Below, in pieces: positions 39,095 to 48,800 of a stretch of DNA of 64,000 bases. Source of the DNA: a virus. The notes beneath the pieces are model-generated. The model saw nothing but the letters and a program-made list of their open reading frames with translations. It had not been told where the DNA came from and searched no databases. Numbering within the stretch: the stretch's first letter is position 1; each line of letters opens with the position of its first letter. The stretch is taken from the IMG/VR virus record IMGVR_UViG_3300028840_003168. The stretch is one strand, 5' to 3'. A program made the translations under genes and the position numbers.

Positions 39095-40101
39095 TGACTG
39101 AAAAGAAGAAAAATGCTGTCGATGTCCTGAAGACCTTGAAAAAGAAGCATGAGGGCAATCTCATGCTTCTTTCTGGCACCGGTATACAACCTGTACCCAC
39201 AATCCCCACTGGGATCATGTCGCTGAACTCGATTCTTAGCGGTGTCCCCAATGGCGGATACGCCAGAGGGCGCATCGTTGAGCTTCTTGGAGTGCCTTCA
39301 GGGGGTAAGACCACGATAGCCCTTCAAGGACTGGCTGAAACCCAGGCTCAAGGTAACGTTGGAGCCATTATTGATGCCGAGCATGCCTTGGATGTGGACT
39401 ATGCCCAGAGGCTTGGGGTCAGGATGGACAACCTGCTTCTTTCACAACCGGATTGCGGAGAGCAGGCGCTTGAGGTGGCCAAAGACCTGGTTGATGTTAT
39501 GGGTGAGGGGGACCTGATTGTGGTGGACAGTGTGGCGGCTCTGACTCCTCGTGCGGAGATCGAAGGGGAGATGGGGGATGAGCACATTGGGCGCCATGCG
39601 AAAATGATGTCCCAGGCTATGCGGAAACTGAATGCTGCCATGGCGACAAATGGGGTGACCGTCATTTTTATAAATCAGATCAGGTTTAAGCCGATGGTTA
39701 CCTACGGCTCTCCTAAAACCACTCCTGGTGGCGAGGCCTTGAAGTTTTATGCTTCTCAGAGGATTGAGGTTTCGACGATTTCCAAGGTGAAGATCACGGT
39801 GGGTGGTAAAGATGAGTTTGTTGGTAACAGAACCAAGATAGAGGTTATCAAAAACAAGACTTTTCCACCTTTTAGGAAAGTTGATACCGAGATTCAGTAC
39901 GGTAAAGGAATTCCTCGGGCATTGGATGTTCTCAAGTTGGCCGAAGGTAAAGGCGTGGTCCAGAAGGAAGGTAAGTCTTATCTGTATCGTGGAGGTAAGC
40001 TTGGTGTCGGGTTTCGGCAGGCATGGCTGTACCTGGAGGAGAATCCTGAGATGCTCGGATGGTTGGAGGAAGATGTTGTCAAATCATATGCAGTGTCCTG
40101 A
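39094..40101 (+). CDS. recA: RecA recombinase
   Basis: GRIVELLGVPSGGKTT, IDAEHALD, SQPDCGEQALE, VVDSVAALTPRAEIEGEMGD and TTPGGEALKFYAS motifs. Confidence 0.97.
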   Translation: MTEKKKNAVDVLKTLKKKHEGNLMLLSGTGIQPVPTIPTGIMSLNSILSGVPNGGYARGRIVELLGVPSGGKTTIALQGLAETQAQGNVGAIIDAEHALDVDYAQRLGVRMDNLLLSQPDCGEQALEVAKDLVDVMGEGDLIVVDSVAALTPRAEIEGEMGDEHIGRHAKMMSQAMRKLNAAMATNGVTVIFINQIRFKPMVTYGSPKTTPGGEALKFYASQRIEVSTISKVKITVGGKDEFVGNRTKIEVIKNKTFPPFRKVDTEIQYGKGIPRALDVLKLAEGKGVVQKEGKSYLYRGGKLGVGFRQAWLYLEENPEMLGWLEEDVVKSYAVS

Positions 40102-40354
40102 AGATACGTATCAGAAATTGGTAAAGGATACCCTTGCTCGGGTGGACGACAAGTTTCTGGCTGAGGATATCGACCTCTTATGCCAATACATTGTGCTGAG
40201 GTTCTTAAAGACCTCTTCGTTGGTAGTCGATGGCGCCGATACAGAAGTTGTCAGTGCCGCTTTGAGGAAGTACCTCGATGAGAGGTTCTCGTTCATCATG
40301 ACTTTCATAACGGTTGTGAATTCCGATCCTTCCGCAGTCAAAGCAGAGGCGTAG
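40088..40354 (+). CDS. Hypothetical protein
   Basis: Fills the gap between recA and the nuclease gene. ATG overlaps the end of recA. Confidence 0.45.
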   Translation: MQCPEDTYQKLVKDTLARVDDKFLAEDIDLLCQYIVLRFLKTSSLVVDGADTEVVSAALRKYLDERFSFIMTFITVVNSDPSAVKAEA

Positions 40355-40356
40355 CC

Positions 40357-41475
40357 ATGTCCGATGTTGTCAGGTTCAACGTGTATTCTGACATTCACTA
40401 TGACCGCCTCGGTGCGCGGTGCATCACTGTGGATGACTGTGCTGAGGTCGAAACCCAGGTTATCCACAGGGCAGGTGAGAGGGATTGCCATTTTGTTCTG
40501 TTCTGCGGTGACAGGTACCTGAAGCGTGAACCTGAGGATGAGGTTAAGACCAAGGCAGATCTGGTACTTTACAATTCGTATCAGGGACTTCCGAAACAGA
40601 TACCTCATTTTCATTTGGTGGGTAACCATGACTGGACCAAGAAGTCTCTGTCGTGGCATACCTCTGAGTCTTTGTGGTGTTTGAAGGATGCGCGGTTGAT
40701 GGCTACGCCTGGGACGTACACTGATTACCTGTATACTTCCCCGTTCCTGGTTCACGCTCTCCCGGCAGATCACAAGTTCGATTTTGAGAAGTACCAAGTC
40801 GAGCCGAACAAGTTCAATATCTTCACCTTCCACGATACCTTGCGAGGTACTTACCTGGACGATGACAGCAAGATACTCGCTGACTTCGGGGTGTACCGGA
40901 ACGAGCTTGACCGGCCCGAGTTTGATTACGTATTTGCGGGAGATATTCACATACCCCAGCGGATACCTTTCTCGAATACCCAGGGCGGTTACGTAGGTGC
41001 GGTACTTCAGCGCACGATGGCTGACGCAAACAAGGCCAGGGGTTGGGTGGAGGCTGAGGCGGTCAGAACCGATACCGGGTGGGATGTGCGGACTGAGTTC
41101 GTACCCACAAGGAACTTCTTCACCAAGGCTTCGTTCAACGTGACTGATACCTCAAGGTATGAGGACATCAGAATAGACGAACAATGGCTCACTGACCAGT
41201 ATGTTGAAGTTGAGCTTATCGGCCAGAAGGCGAACGTGGATAGAATAGCCAATGACCCGAGGTGGAGCAATTACGAGACTTATTACACAGTCAGACATCT
41301 TGAGGTATCTCGTACCTACAAAATCGAAGAGGGAGAGGTCATTGTGGATATGAGTGGGTCGTCGGGTCTTTTGGACGATTTGAACGCTTATCTTGATAGC
41401 GGATTTGCGGAACTTGGTATATTACCCAGGGAAGGTGTTACCCAGGCGGTGTCTGAACTGATGCAGGAGGACTAG
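40357..41475 (+). CDS. Mre11/SbcD-like metallophosphoesterase nuclease
   Basis: SDIH, FCGD, VGNHD, FH and AGDIH motifs. Paired with a Rad50-like gene. Confidence 0.85.
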   Translation: MSDVVRFNVYSDIHYDRLGARCITVDDCAEVETQVIHRAGERDCHFVLFCGDRYLKREPEDEVKTKADLVLYNSYQGLPKQIPHFHLVGNHDWTKKSLSWHTSESLWCLKDARLMATPGTYTDYLYTSPFLVHALPADHKFDFEKYQVEPNKFNIFTFHDTLRGTYLDDDSKILADFGVYRNELDRPEFDYVFAGDIHIPQRIPFSNTQGGYVGAVLQRTMADANKARGWVEAEAVRTDTGWDVRTEFVPTRNFFTKASFNVTDTSRYEDIRIDEQWLTDQYVEVELIGQKANVDRIANDPRWSNYETYYTVRHLEVSRTYKIEEGEVIVDMSGSSGLLDDLNAYLDSGFAELGILPREGVTQAVSELMQED

Positions 41476-41658
41476 ATGGCCAGGATGGTAGGGTACCAGT
41501 GTGCTACGTGCGGTAAGCAGGATGAGGAACTTTTTAACGATACCGATGAGAAGCCCGAGAAGCTCAAGAGGAAGTGCAAGTGCGGAGGTACTCTGGTGAA
41601 GGCCGACCGTAAGGCCAACAACCATCGCTGGAGCTATATGGATCGCGGAGGTATCTGA
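41476..41658 (+). CDS. FmdB-like zinc-ribbon protein
   Basis: YQCATCG...KCKCGG motif. Confidence 0.7.
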   Translation: MARMVGYQCATCGKQDEELFNDTDEKPEKLKRKCKCGGTLVKADRKANNHRWSYMDRGGI

Positions 41659-43716
41659 GTGCTCACTGTCTCGTACATCAACCCTTCGGGGTTATTTAGC
41701 TATGGTTTGTCGGACAGTATTATGTTCCCGCAGAACAGCCTTATCCATATGATGGGGGTAAACGAGGATCGTGGCGGTTGCTCGAACGCTGCGGGTAAGA
41801 CCGGGCTTCTGAATACCATTTGTGAGGTGTACTACGGGGAGAACCCTACGAGGGTAAGCGGAGCCGGTGCAGTGAACCGGGTATGGGATCATGGCTGTGC
41901 GGGTCGGTCGGAGTTCGTTTCCTGGGAGAATGTGTTTTACCGGATAACTTATTGTCGGGACTGGAAGGACGACCTTTACGCAAATGATTGTGGTATCTCG
42001 TACAGAGGTACCGACCTCTTCTTTGAGGCCTGGGACGGTGAGAGGTGGGTGGACCGCCGCGGAGCCAGCATGACGGAGACCCGAAAGGCCATTATCAAGG
42101 CCGTAGGGCTGTCCTACAGCCGGTTTCTCGCCATTTCCTACCTGAGCCATAGGGTGGGCGTGAAGTTCCTCAGAGGGACGAATAAGGAGCGTGACGACAT
42201 ACTCTCGGGGATAACCGGTGTGGAGGAGTGGGACTCGATTACCTCCAAATGCAGAATGGCCTCGAAAGGTATCGATGGAGAGATTGTCGAACTTCGCAGG
42301 GACCAGCTTACGAAGCAGGGTGCTTTGGAGGTACTTGAAACCAGTGAGCGTACATTGAAGGAGCAGGATTGGGGCGAGGCTATCCGACTCAGGGAAGGCG
42401 AACTCAGTTCATTCGGTAAGCAGCGGGATGATCTCAATGCGAAGGTACTTGAGGTGTCAGGTACCATTGAGCAGATGCAGCAATCGACTACGCGAACCTA
42501 TGATGAGGACAGCCGCATACGTCAGATCGATACCGAGGTATCTCAGCTCCGTACCCAGGCGGATACTTTAGCCAGGACTCGGATCACTGTGGATGACTTC
42601 GGTATCACTGTGATGGAAGGGGAGCGTCACTCCTATTACATCGAGATGACCAAGATTCAAGGTGCTATCCTAAACCTGGAAGGCGAAACCACCCTGGCGG
42701 CTATGGAGAACTGCCCAACTTGTGGGAGCAAGATAACCAAGGCCAAGAAGGACAAGATACAGAAGAAACTCAAGAAGTTGGAAAAGGAACTTGAGGTACC
42801 TAAGTCCCTGATGGAGGAGACCGATGTGAAACTGGCCGAGGCCCGTACCCGCCAGGAGGAGCAGCGGGTGGCTAAAGAGCAGCAGAGGGACACCCAGATA
42901 GAGGAACTCAATGAGAGGGTAAGGTTACTCGGTATCGAGAGATCGCAGGTTGAGGCGGCTTCCTTGAAGCTCCAGGAGGAGCTGGTTGCGCTTAAGAAGT
43001 CTATGAGTGATCTTGAGGTAGCTATTTCAAGGGTGGATGCCAACATAAAACTTACTCAGGCCAACCTTGAGATTGCCCAAGGGAAGGCTCAGGAACTCCA
43101 GGTACTTGAGTCTAAACTGTACAACACCAGGGAGGAACTCAATACCCTGGAGAGTAAGATAACCGAATGTGAGGGCCAGGTGGCCGTGTACAAGTGGCTC
43201 ATCTCGAACATACCTTACATCAAGCTGCACAAGCTCTCGGTATCGATGGTGGTACTTTCCGAGCGTGTGAATCAGTATCTTGCGGATATGGGTAACTCGA
43301 TTCGGGTAGGTATCAGTTCCTTTGCAGAGAAGAAGTCAACGAAGGGTGCCGCCGATGCCACGGGTACCTTGAAAAGCGAGATTAAGGTTGAGGTAACTGA
43401 CGGGGTAAAGAACATCGACCCGCGGCTGTACTCGGACGGCGAGGCTGGAGCCCTGTCCAGTGCGCTTATCCGGGCGCTCCATGACCTTGCGATGCAATTT
43501 GGCCATGGCTGTAACCTGAAGCTCCTGGATGAGGTATTTTCGTTCATAGACCACGATAACAGTCAGCTCATGGCATCCAGTTTCAGTAATGGCCAAGGTA
43601 CTACGATAGTGACAGATAATTCCGGTCGGGCATCGGGGCTCATGGATTTCGATACCGTCTGGGTAGCTCGGAAAAGAAATGGAAAGACCACGTTGGAGGT
43701 AAGCAATGGATCGTGA
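41659..43716 (+). CDS. Rad50/SbcC-like SMC ATPase
   Basis: SNAAGKT Walker A, coiled coils with CPTCG zinc hook, YSDGE signature and LLDEVF Walker B. Confidence 0.92.
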   Translation: MLTVSYINPSGLFSYGLSDSIMFPQNSLIHMMGVNEDRGGCSNAAGKTGLLNTICEVYYGENPTRVSGAGAVNRVWDHGCAGRSEFVSWENVFYRITYCRDWKDDLYANDCGISYRGTDLFFEAWDGERWVDRRGASMTETRKAIIKAVGLSYSRFLAISYLSHRVGVKFLRGTNKERDDILSGITGVEEWDSITSKCRMASKGIDGEIVELRRDQLTKQGALEVLETSERTLKEQDWGEAIRLREGELSSFGKQRDDLNAKVLEVSGTIEQMQQSTTRTYDEDSRIRQIDTEVSQLRTQADTLARTRITVDDFGITVMEGERHSYYIEMTKIQGAILNLEGETTLAAMENCPTCGSKITKAKKDKIQKKLKKLEKELEVPKSLMEETDVKLAEARTRQEEQRVAKEQQRDTQIEELNERVRLLGIERSQVEAASLKLQEELVALKKSMSDLEVAISRVDANIKLTQANLEIAQGKAQELQVLESKLYNTREELNTLESKITECEGQVAVYKWLISNIPYIKLHKLSVSMVVLSERVNQYLADMGNSIRVGISSFAEKKSTKGAADATGTLKSEIKVEVTDGVKNIDPRLYSDGEAGALSSALIRALHDLAMQFGHGCNLKLLDEVFSFIDHDNSQLMASSFSNGQGTTIVTDNSGRASGLMDFDTVWVARKRNGKTTLEVSNGS

Positions 43717-44089
43717 AATAGGACTGGGTGAGGTATCAATAGTTACTGTGGGTCAACGTACCTTTATCGGCAGGCTTGAAGGTGAGGTTGGCGAGAAGTC
43801 TGTAATGAAAGAACCCATAGTCATGGTGGAGATGGTGCAGATGGACCCGAATACCAGGCAACCTGTGGGTGCGGCGATGGATTTACGAAAGCCGTGCATC
43901 GCCACCGCGGTACCGCCGCAGATCAAGCTGATACCTGAGATTGTTCAGGTTCTGGATAACAACGATGGCAAGGACGCACTGCTTATTCAGAGTTATCAGA
44001 ATGCGGTGAACAAGTATTCTCTTGAGGATGCCGGGTTCACGGCCCCGACGCCCGAGGATATCAGGAAGGCGAATATTGGGAAAGCATGA
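43706..44089 (+). CDS. Hypothetical protein
   Basis: GGAGG RBS, 127 aa, beta-rich N-terminus. Confidence 0.55.
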   Translation: MDREIGLGEVSIVTVGQRTFIGRLEGEVGEKSVMKEPIVMVEMVQMDPNTRQPVGAAMDLRKPCIATAVPPQIKLIPEIVQVLDNNDGKDALLIQSYQNAVNKYSLEDAGFTAPTPEDIRKANIGKA

Positions 44090-44330
44090 CGCACAGCTTC
44101 GACGGGAGAAGGCCTCGGCCAAGGCGGTCAAGGTACAGCAGAGTGCAGACCGGGTGTCCTTTCGGGTTCAGCAGGGTGACGTTCTTATTTTGAGTGGGCC
44201 TTACCGGGATCGCTGGGTAAGGGAGTTGTTTGCTTTGGGTGCTGTGGAGCGCGATTACATTGTTAAACACCTGTGGTCTACCGGAGACCCGGAGGTTGTA
44301 GCCATAATCAACAGTATGGTGTGTCGATAG
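44022..44330 (+). CDS. Hypothetical protein (start uncertain)
   Basis: Only open frame filling the gap. The true start may be TTG 44076. Confidence 0.35.
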   Translation: MRMPGSRPRRPRISGRRILGKHDAQLRREKASAKAVKVQQSADRVSFRVQQGDVLILSGPYRDRWVRELFALGAVERDYIVKHLWSTGDPEVVAIINSMVCR

Positions 44331-44338
44331 GAGAGGAA

Positions 44339-44875
44339 ATGAAGAACATTCAATTTTCGGATAAGAGGAAGTTTTTCTATGACTGCGAGTTCATGGAGGA
44401 GCCGGGGTACCTCAAGCTGATCAGTATTGGTGTGGTCGGGGAGCAACCTGCCCAGGAGTTCTATGCGTGTAACCTGGACGCGGTACCTGGGTTCAAGAGA
44501 GCTAATACCTGGGTGAAGAACAATGTACTCCCGAGATTGCCCGATATTAATCATTCAGTGTGGATGTCAGAGGAACACATCAGGGATAGCCTGTCTCAGT
44601 TTATCGGGTACTCGGAGTCGAGGCCTGTCGAGTTGTGGAGTTACTTTGCCGATCACGACCATGTACTGCTGTGCTGGTTGTTCGGTAGGATGGTAGACCT
44701 CCCAGACGGCATGCCGCAGTACACGATGGACATCAAGCAGCTGGCTGACCATATGAACATTCCTGGTAATAAGCTTCCAGAACACAAAGGGGAGGCCCAC
44801 AATGCTTTGGAGGATGCCAAGTACCACAAGGAACTTTTTGATTACCTGGTGACCCAGGCCAGATTTGATTTGTAG
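44339..44875 (+). CDS. DEDDh 3'-5' exo(ribo)nuclease, Rv2179c-like
   Basis: FFYDCEF, LISIGVV, WVKNNVLPRL and HNALEDA motifs. Confidence 0.85.
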   Translation: MKNIQFSDKRKFFYDCEFMEEPGYLKLISIGVVGEQPAQEFYACNLDAVPGFKRANTWVKNNVLPRLPDINHSVWMSEEHIRDSLSQFIGYSESRPVELWSYFADHDHVLLCWLFGRMVDLPDGMPQYTMDIKQLADHMNIPGNKLPEHKGEAHNALEDAKYHKELFDYLVTQARFDL

Positions 44876-45322
44876 ATGGGTAAGAAGGAAATCAGGTTTG
44901 TGGTCAAAGGTAAGCCATGGGTACAGAAGAACAACCTTCAGATCCGAAAGCGAAAGTTAAAGGGAAAATGGGTACCTTTCATCGACCATTCCGACAAGCT
45001 AAAGAGTATCCGGGACCAGATAGCCATCGAGATGTACTCGCAATATCACCGACAAGGCCTAACCAAACCTATCGATTACCCAATCGAAGTGGAGTTCATA
45101 TTCTACTGCAAGCGCCAGTGGGAACCCGACCTGGACAACCTGCCGCAGATATGGCTGGACGCGGCCCAGGGGGTCAAGGCCAAGGGCGGATTGAAAATAG
45201 CAACCATTCTGACCGACGACAAGTTGGTCAGGAAAGAAACCAGCGAGAAAATCATGGAAGGAGATCCCCGTTATGACGGAGAACCAAGAACCGAAATCAC
45301 CATCCGAAGATACACCTTCTGA
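44876..45322 (+). CDS. rusA: RusA-like Holliday junction resolvase
   Basis: FVVKGKP, PDLDNL, LDA, DDKLV and PRTEITI motifs. Confidence 0.85.
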   Translation: MGKKEIRFVVKGKPWVQKNNLQIRKRKLKGKWVPFIDHSDKLKSIRDQIAIEMYSQYHRQGLTKPIDYPIEVEFIFYCKRQWEPDLDNLPQIWLDAAQGVKAKGGLKIATILTDDKLVRKETSEKIMEGDPRYDGEPRTEITIRRYTF

Positions 45323-46589
45323 GGATGCAGAGGTATCCGAGGCCACCGGCACAACTGCATCGACGGTGGAGATACCTGAAGGAAGTTCAGGCGCGACTCC
45401 TGAACTCGTAGAGGTGCCCGAGGAGGAACGCCTTCCGCCCTTGGACCCTGGCGGGGAGCTTATCGTGGAGCCATTGGCCCAGCAGTACCGGGCGGTCATT
45501 AAGGACCTGGACTATGAGGTACTTCGTGAGATGTTCGACAGGTACTGGGATGCTCATGGTGAGGCCATTGCCCAGAACTCTCGGGTGAAGACCCGGAAGA
45601 AGAAGGGCGGTAAAGCGGGTAAGAACGCCAAAAAGGTACTTGAGAGCAGCATGGGTTTCAAGAAGCTCTACTCCGAGGTACTGGTCCAGCATGTGGTTTC
45701 CAAGATAGGGGATGTTCTGCATATCAGTGCCATGGAACTTCATGACTTTAAGGAGGGCGCCAAGCCGGTCATTATCGTGGCGTTCTATTACCTTCCGAAA
45801 CTGGAGGTTGACGAGATCAACCTCGATGTACCCTATCAGATGCGGGTGGACGAGGAGAAGGAGTACCGCGGATACTGCGAGTACACCTTACTTCAGAATC
45901 GAACCTTAGAGGATTTCGATGGGGATGAGATCGACCCGTACCACAATGTTCTGATGGATGTGACCGCCACCATGGACGGTCAACCTTTCGAGCAGGGTTC
46001 CTTGAGGATGCAGTGGATGGACTTAGACCGGCACCCTAACAAGACCTTAGTCAACGCCATCCTGGAACATAAGAAGGGTGATCTGTTCGAGACTGAGTGG
46101 CTCCACGAGGGTAAGGTTGTCTCTGCCCAGGTGAAGATACATGCCCTTCAGACGATTACCTACCCGGAGCTGGATGACGAGTTCGCCAAGGATTTGGAGT
46201 TCGACAGTCTGGATGCTTTCAAAGAGAAGTTTATCAATGATTATCGGGAGAACGTAGAACGCCAGGAAGAGGCCATGGCGATTGATGGTATCATCAGCAA
46301 CATTGTTGAGTCAGTGACTCTCCCTCCGCTTCCCGAGGAGTGGGTGGAGCATAAGTCGGCTGCCGCCGTGAATGAGCATATTCGGCGTGTAGGTAACAAA
46401 AAGAGGGCTCTCCTGTCCGTGGGTGCCAAGGACGAGAATCAGATGCAGGCCAGGTTCCGTGGTCAGGTTTACAGAACTCTTGTGCAGCAACTGGCGGTGA
46501 AGGCCTACGCTGAGAAGTATGACCTAGGCGATGAGGAAGAGGACATCAAGAAGCACATGAAAGAGCATGTTAACTGGATTAAGAAATGA
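45273..46589 (+). CDS. tig: Divergent trigger factor-like chaperone
   Basis: VLMDVTATMDGQPFEQG (FKBP start), KKGD, VKIHAL...PELDDEFAKDLEFDSLDAFKE and LPEEWVE. Length of 438 aa matches trigger factor. Confidence 0.8.
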   Translation: MTENQEPKSPSEDTPSEDAEVSEATGTTASTVEIPEGSSGATPELVEVPEEERLPPLDPGGELIVEPLAQQYRAVIKDLDYEVLREMFDRYWDAHGEAIAQNSRVKTRKKKGGKAGKNAKKVLESSMGFKKLYSEVLVQHVVSKIGDVLHISAMELHDFKEGAKPVIIVAFYYLPKLEVDEINLDVPYQMRVDEEKEYRGYCEYTLLQNRTLEDFDGDEIDPYHNVLMDVTATMDGQPFEQGSLRMQWMDLDRHPNKTLVNAILEHKKGDLFETEWLHEGKVVSAQVKIHALQTITYPELDDEFAKDLEFDSLDAFKEKFINDYRENVERQEEAMAIDGIISNIVESVTLPPLPEEWVEHKSAAAVNEHIRRVGNKKRALLSVGAKDENQMQARFRGQVYRTLVQQLAVKAYAEKYDLGDEEEDIKKHMKEHVNWIKK

Positions 46590-47173
46590 GACAGATGGTC
46601 GAATGTTCGAGTCCGGGGTGCTACGAATGTTTCTTCGTGGGTAAGGATAAACCGGGGGTGGGGCATCTTTTTTGTAAAAAATGCAGGGAGGAACATTCTT
46701 ACCACGTACTGGTGGTTCAGGCTGAACATCAGGATCAGATACGCAAAGTGTTACTGGATTCCAGGGTGTTCAATACTGCTGCCGGGATGGCCGACTATGT
46801 TGGGGTTTCCTTTGTGAGTATCTACCACTGGATTCAAAGGTACTTTGGGATGACCTTTCAGGAATTCCGTCGAGAACATATCTGCAAATCGGACAAGTGC
46901 TACCTGCTGGACATCTCTGGATCTCCCTACAGTCGTGGGGATTACGTTCTCAAGAAGATTAAGGACCGGAGGTACTGTGCCTGCATCAATGAGCTTGGTC
47001 GGAGCCACATGATGACCAATGCACCTTTTGATTTGGTATCCCAGATTTTGGGTACGAAACTCAAGATTGTGGGGTTCCTGTATCGACGTCCAGACCAGGT
47101 TTCCCCTATCCGTATTCCGAAGGTAATCAAGCCGATATATCTTAAAAAGTTCCCCGAGCCGATTTACATTTAA
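46586..47173 (+). CDS. Zinc-binding HTH protein
   Basis: CSSPGC...CKKC motif and MADYVGVSFVSIYHWIQRYFGMTFQEF (AraC-like HTH). Confidence 0.55.
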   Translation: MRQMVECSSPGCYECFFVGKDKPGVGHLFCKKCREEHSYHVLVVQAEHQDQIRKVLLDSRVFNTAAGMADYVGVSFVSIYHWIQRYFGMTFQEFRREHICKSDKCYLLDISGSPYSRGDYVLKKIKDRRYCACINELGRSHMMTNAPFDLVSQILGTKLKIVGFLYRRPDQVSPIRIPKVIKPIYLKKFPEPIYI

Positions 47174-47230
47174 TTTCCAAATTCCACTTCTGCTTAAATT
47201 TCCCTAATTTACTTGTTATAAGATACACGT

Positions 47231-47572
47231 ATGAAGGCTGTAGAGCTACAACTCCTTGAGCAGTTGGCCGAGGAGTACGGGATTTTTGAAAAAATGGGTA
47301 AGCGCCGACGTGTGGCCCAGGATGTTCTTGAGAACTCAATGTGGGCCAACATGATTAACGGCGCGTTGAAAGCCCTGGAGACCATTGCCATCATGAGTTT
47401 GGACTGGAAGTTGACGGCGATAGTCAAACTTTTACAGAGCTGGCTTAAAGACCAGCGGGAGAAGCAGGAGCAGAAAAAACAGGAGTCGGAGTACGGTGCC
47501 GGGTATCATTCGGATACTTACGATCAGGGCAATGCTTACGACCAACCTTATGGTGGAGGTACCTATTATTGA
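47231..47572 (+). CDS. Hypothetical protein
   Basis: 113 aa. Contains RRRVAQ, similar to the linker motif of the downstream genes. Confidence 0.5.
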   Translation: MKAVELQLLEQLAEEYGIFEKMGKRRRVAQDVLENSMWANMINGALKALETIAIMSLDWKLTAIVKLLQSWLKDQREKQEQKKQESEYGAGYHSDTYDQGNAYDQPYGGGTYY

Positions 47573-47620
47573 AAGTAACCTCGCTATGTGTTAAGGTTAT
47601 TTCATAGGTGGTGATTAAAA

Positions 47621-48472
47621 ATGAATAGAACAGCCAGAAAACAGAGACTTGCCCGTGCCAAACGCAGGGCTCATCATTTGTGGAAAGGGGCTGAGGAAGA
47701 CGGCAGGCCGGTTATTAAACGAGCGCGGCCTGAAGAGGAATTTGAAATGTCTATGGAAGCAGGACGTGGGAAGCGTGGTCGCAGGACTGCCGGTCGGAAC
47801 GAGGTGTCGGATCTGAATGCCGTATACTGGGGTCTGTTCGGGGCTTCCTTGGTGGACAGCAAAACCCTTTCGAGCGATATCCCTCGTTCGGTAGCGAATC
47901 AGTTCAATCGGACTGCTCGTCGGAATGCTGGCAACTTGCCGAGGGTTCTTGGATGGTCGAAGCTCGGTACCGCGTTCGCTACCGCGGACATTGCTGGTAT
48001 TCGTAAAGACATCTCTTTCGGGATGCAGACCAGGTTGGCATCCAAGTATTTCAACGTGCCCTTTCTCGCTGCCGCAGACATAGTCTACGACATGGAAGGT
48101 GTGGACCACCGTCAGGTCAAGCAGGCTATCGACATGATCCGTGAGGGCAGGCGCCGAGAGGCGGTTAACCGGTATGGCGACTTGGCCATGGAGCTTTCCC
48201 GCATCTACACCAAGTACAAGGATGCCAAGAACCGCAAACTGGCTATCGACCGATCCGCTAAGGAATATTGGGAGTCGTACCTGGGTCCTTTCGGCCAGGA
48301 GATGGTCCGCGAGATCAAGAAGCGTGTTCGTGCTGACCTCGCCAAGGCCTGGATGCGGAAGCACGGTGTTGACGATGCCGCTGCGGAGTACTGGGCCAGC
48401 TACTACGGGGAATACGGTGAGAAGTGGGTCTCCGTGGTCCCGAAGATGATCTCTCCCAAGAGTGACGATTAA
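47621..48472 (+). CDS. Hypothetical basic protein, candidate head-associated protein
   Basis: Many [RK]xA sites and two YWxSYxGxxG motifs. Confidence 0.6.
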   Translation: MNRTARKQRLARAKRRAHHLWKGAEEDGRPVIKRARPEEEFEMSMEAGRGKRGRRTAGRNEVSDLNAVYWGLFGASLVDSKTLSSDIPRSVANQFNRTARRNAGNLPRVLGWSKLGTAFATADIAGIRKDISFGMQTRLASKYFNVPFLAAADIVYDMEGVDHRQVKQAIDMIREGRRREAVNRYGDLAMELSRIYTKYKDAKNRKLAIDRSAKEYWESYLGPFGQEMVREIKKRVRADLAKAWMRKHGVDDAAAEYWASYYGEYGEKWVSVVPKMISPKSDD

Positions 48473-48484
48473 GTCTTCCAGTCC

Positions 48485-48721
48485 ATGGAAGATCCTTTCG
48501 ATAAAGCAAAAGAATCCATTTCAGAAGGTTCTCAGGGTAAGGTAAAACGCCTGCTCGACTTAATGTTCGATAAAGATTGCCGTAAGGACGAAAACTGCGA
48601 GGATCTTCTAAGCCCCTGTTGTTCCGGGGGCTTGCGGGTTGTGTTCGGTTCATTTCCTGTTGAAGTGGAATGCTTGATTTGTGGTTCTAAAGCAATTCTT
48701 CGTGACCTCGTTACCTCGTAA
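48485..48721 (+). CDS. Small Cys-rich hypothetical protein
   Basis: SPCC...ECLICG motif. Confidence 0.45.
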   Translation: MEDPFDKAKESISEGSQGKVKRLLDLMFDKDCRKDENCEDLLSPCCSGGLRVVFGSFPVEVECLICGSKAILRDLVTS

Positions 48722-48800
48722 AAAAATCGAGACAGCTTTAAAGATCACCACTCGACGGTGGTATATTAAACTTTGAAAAACACTTGAAAGGGCTAGAAAT

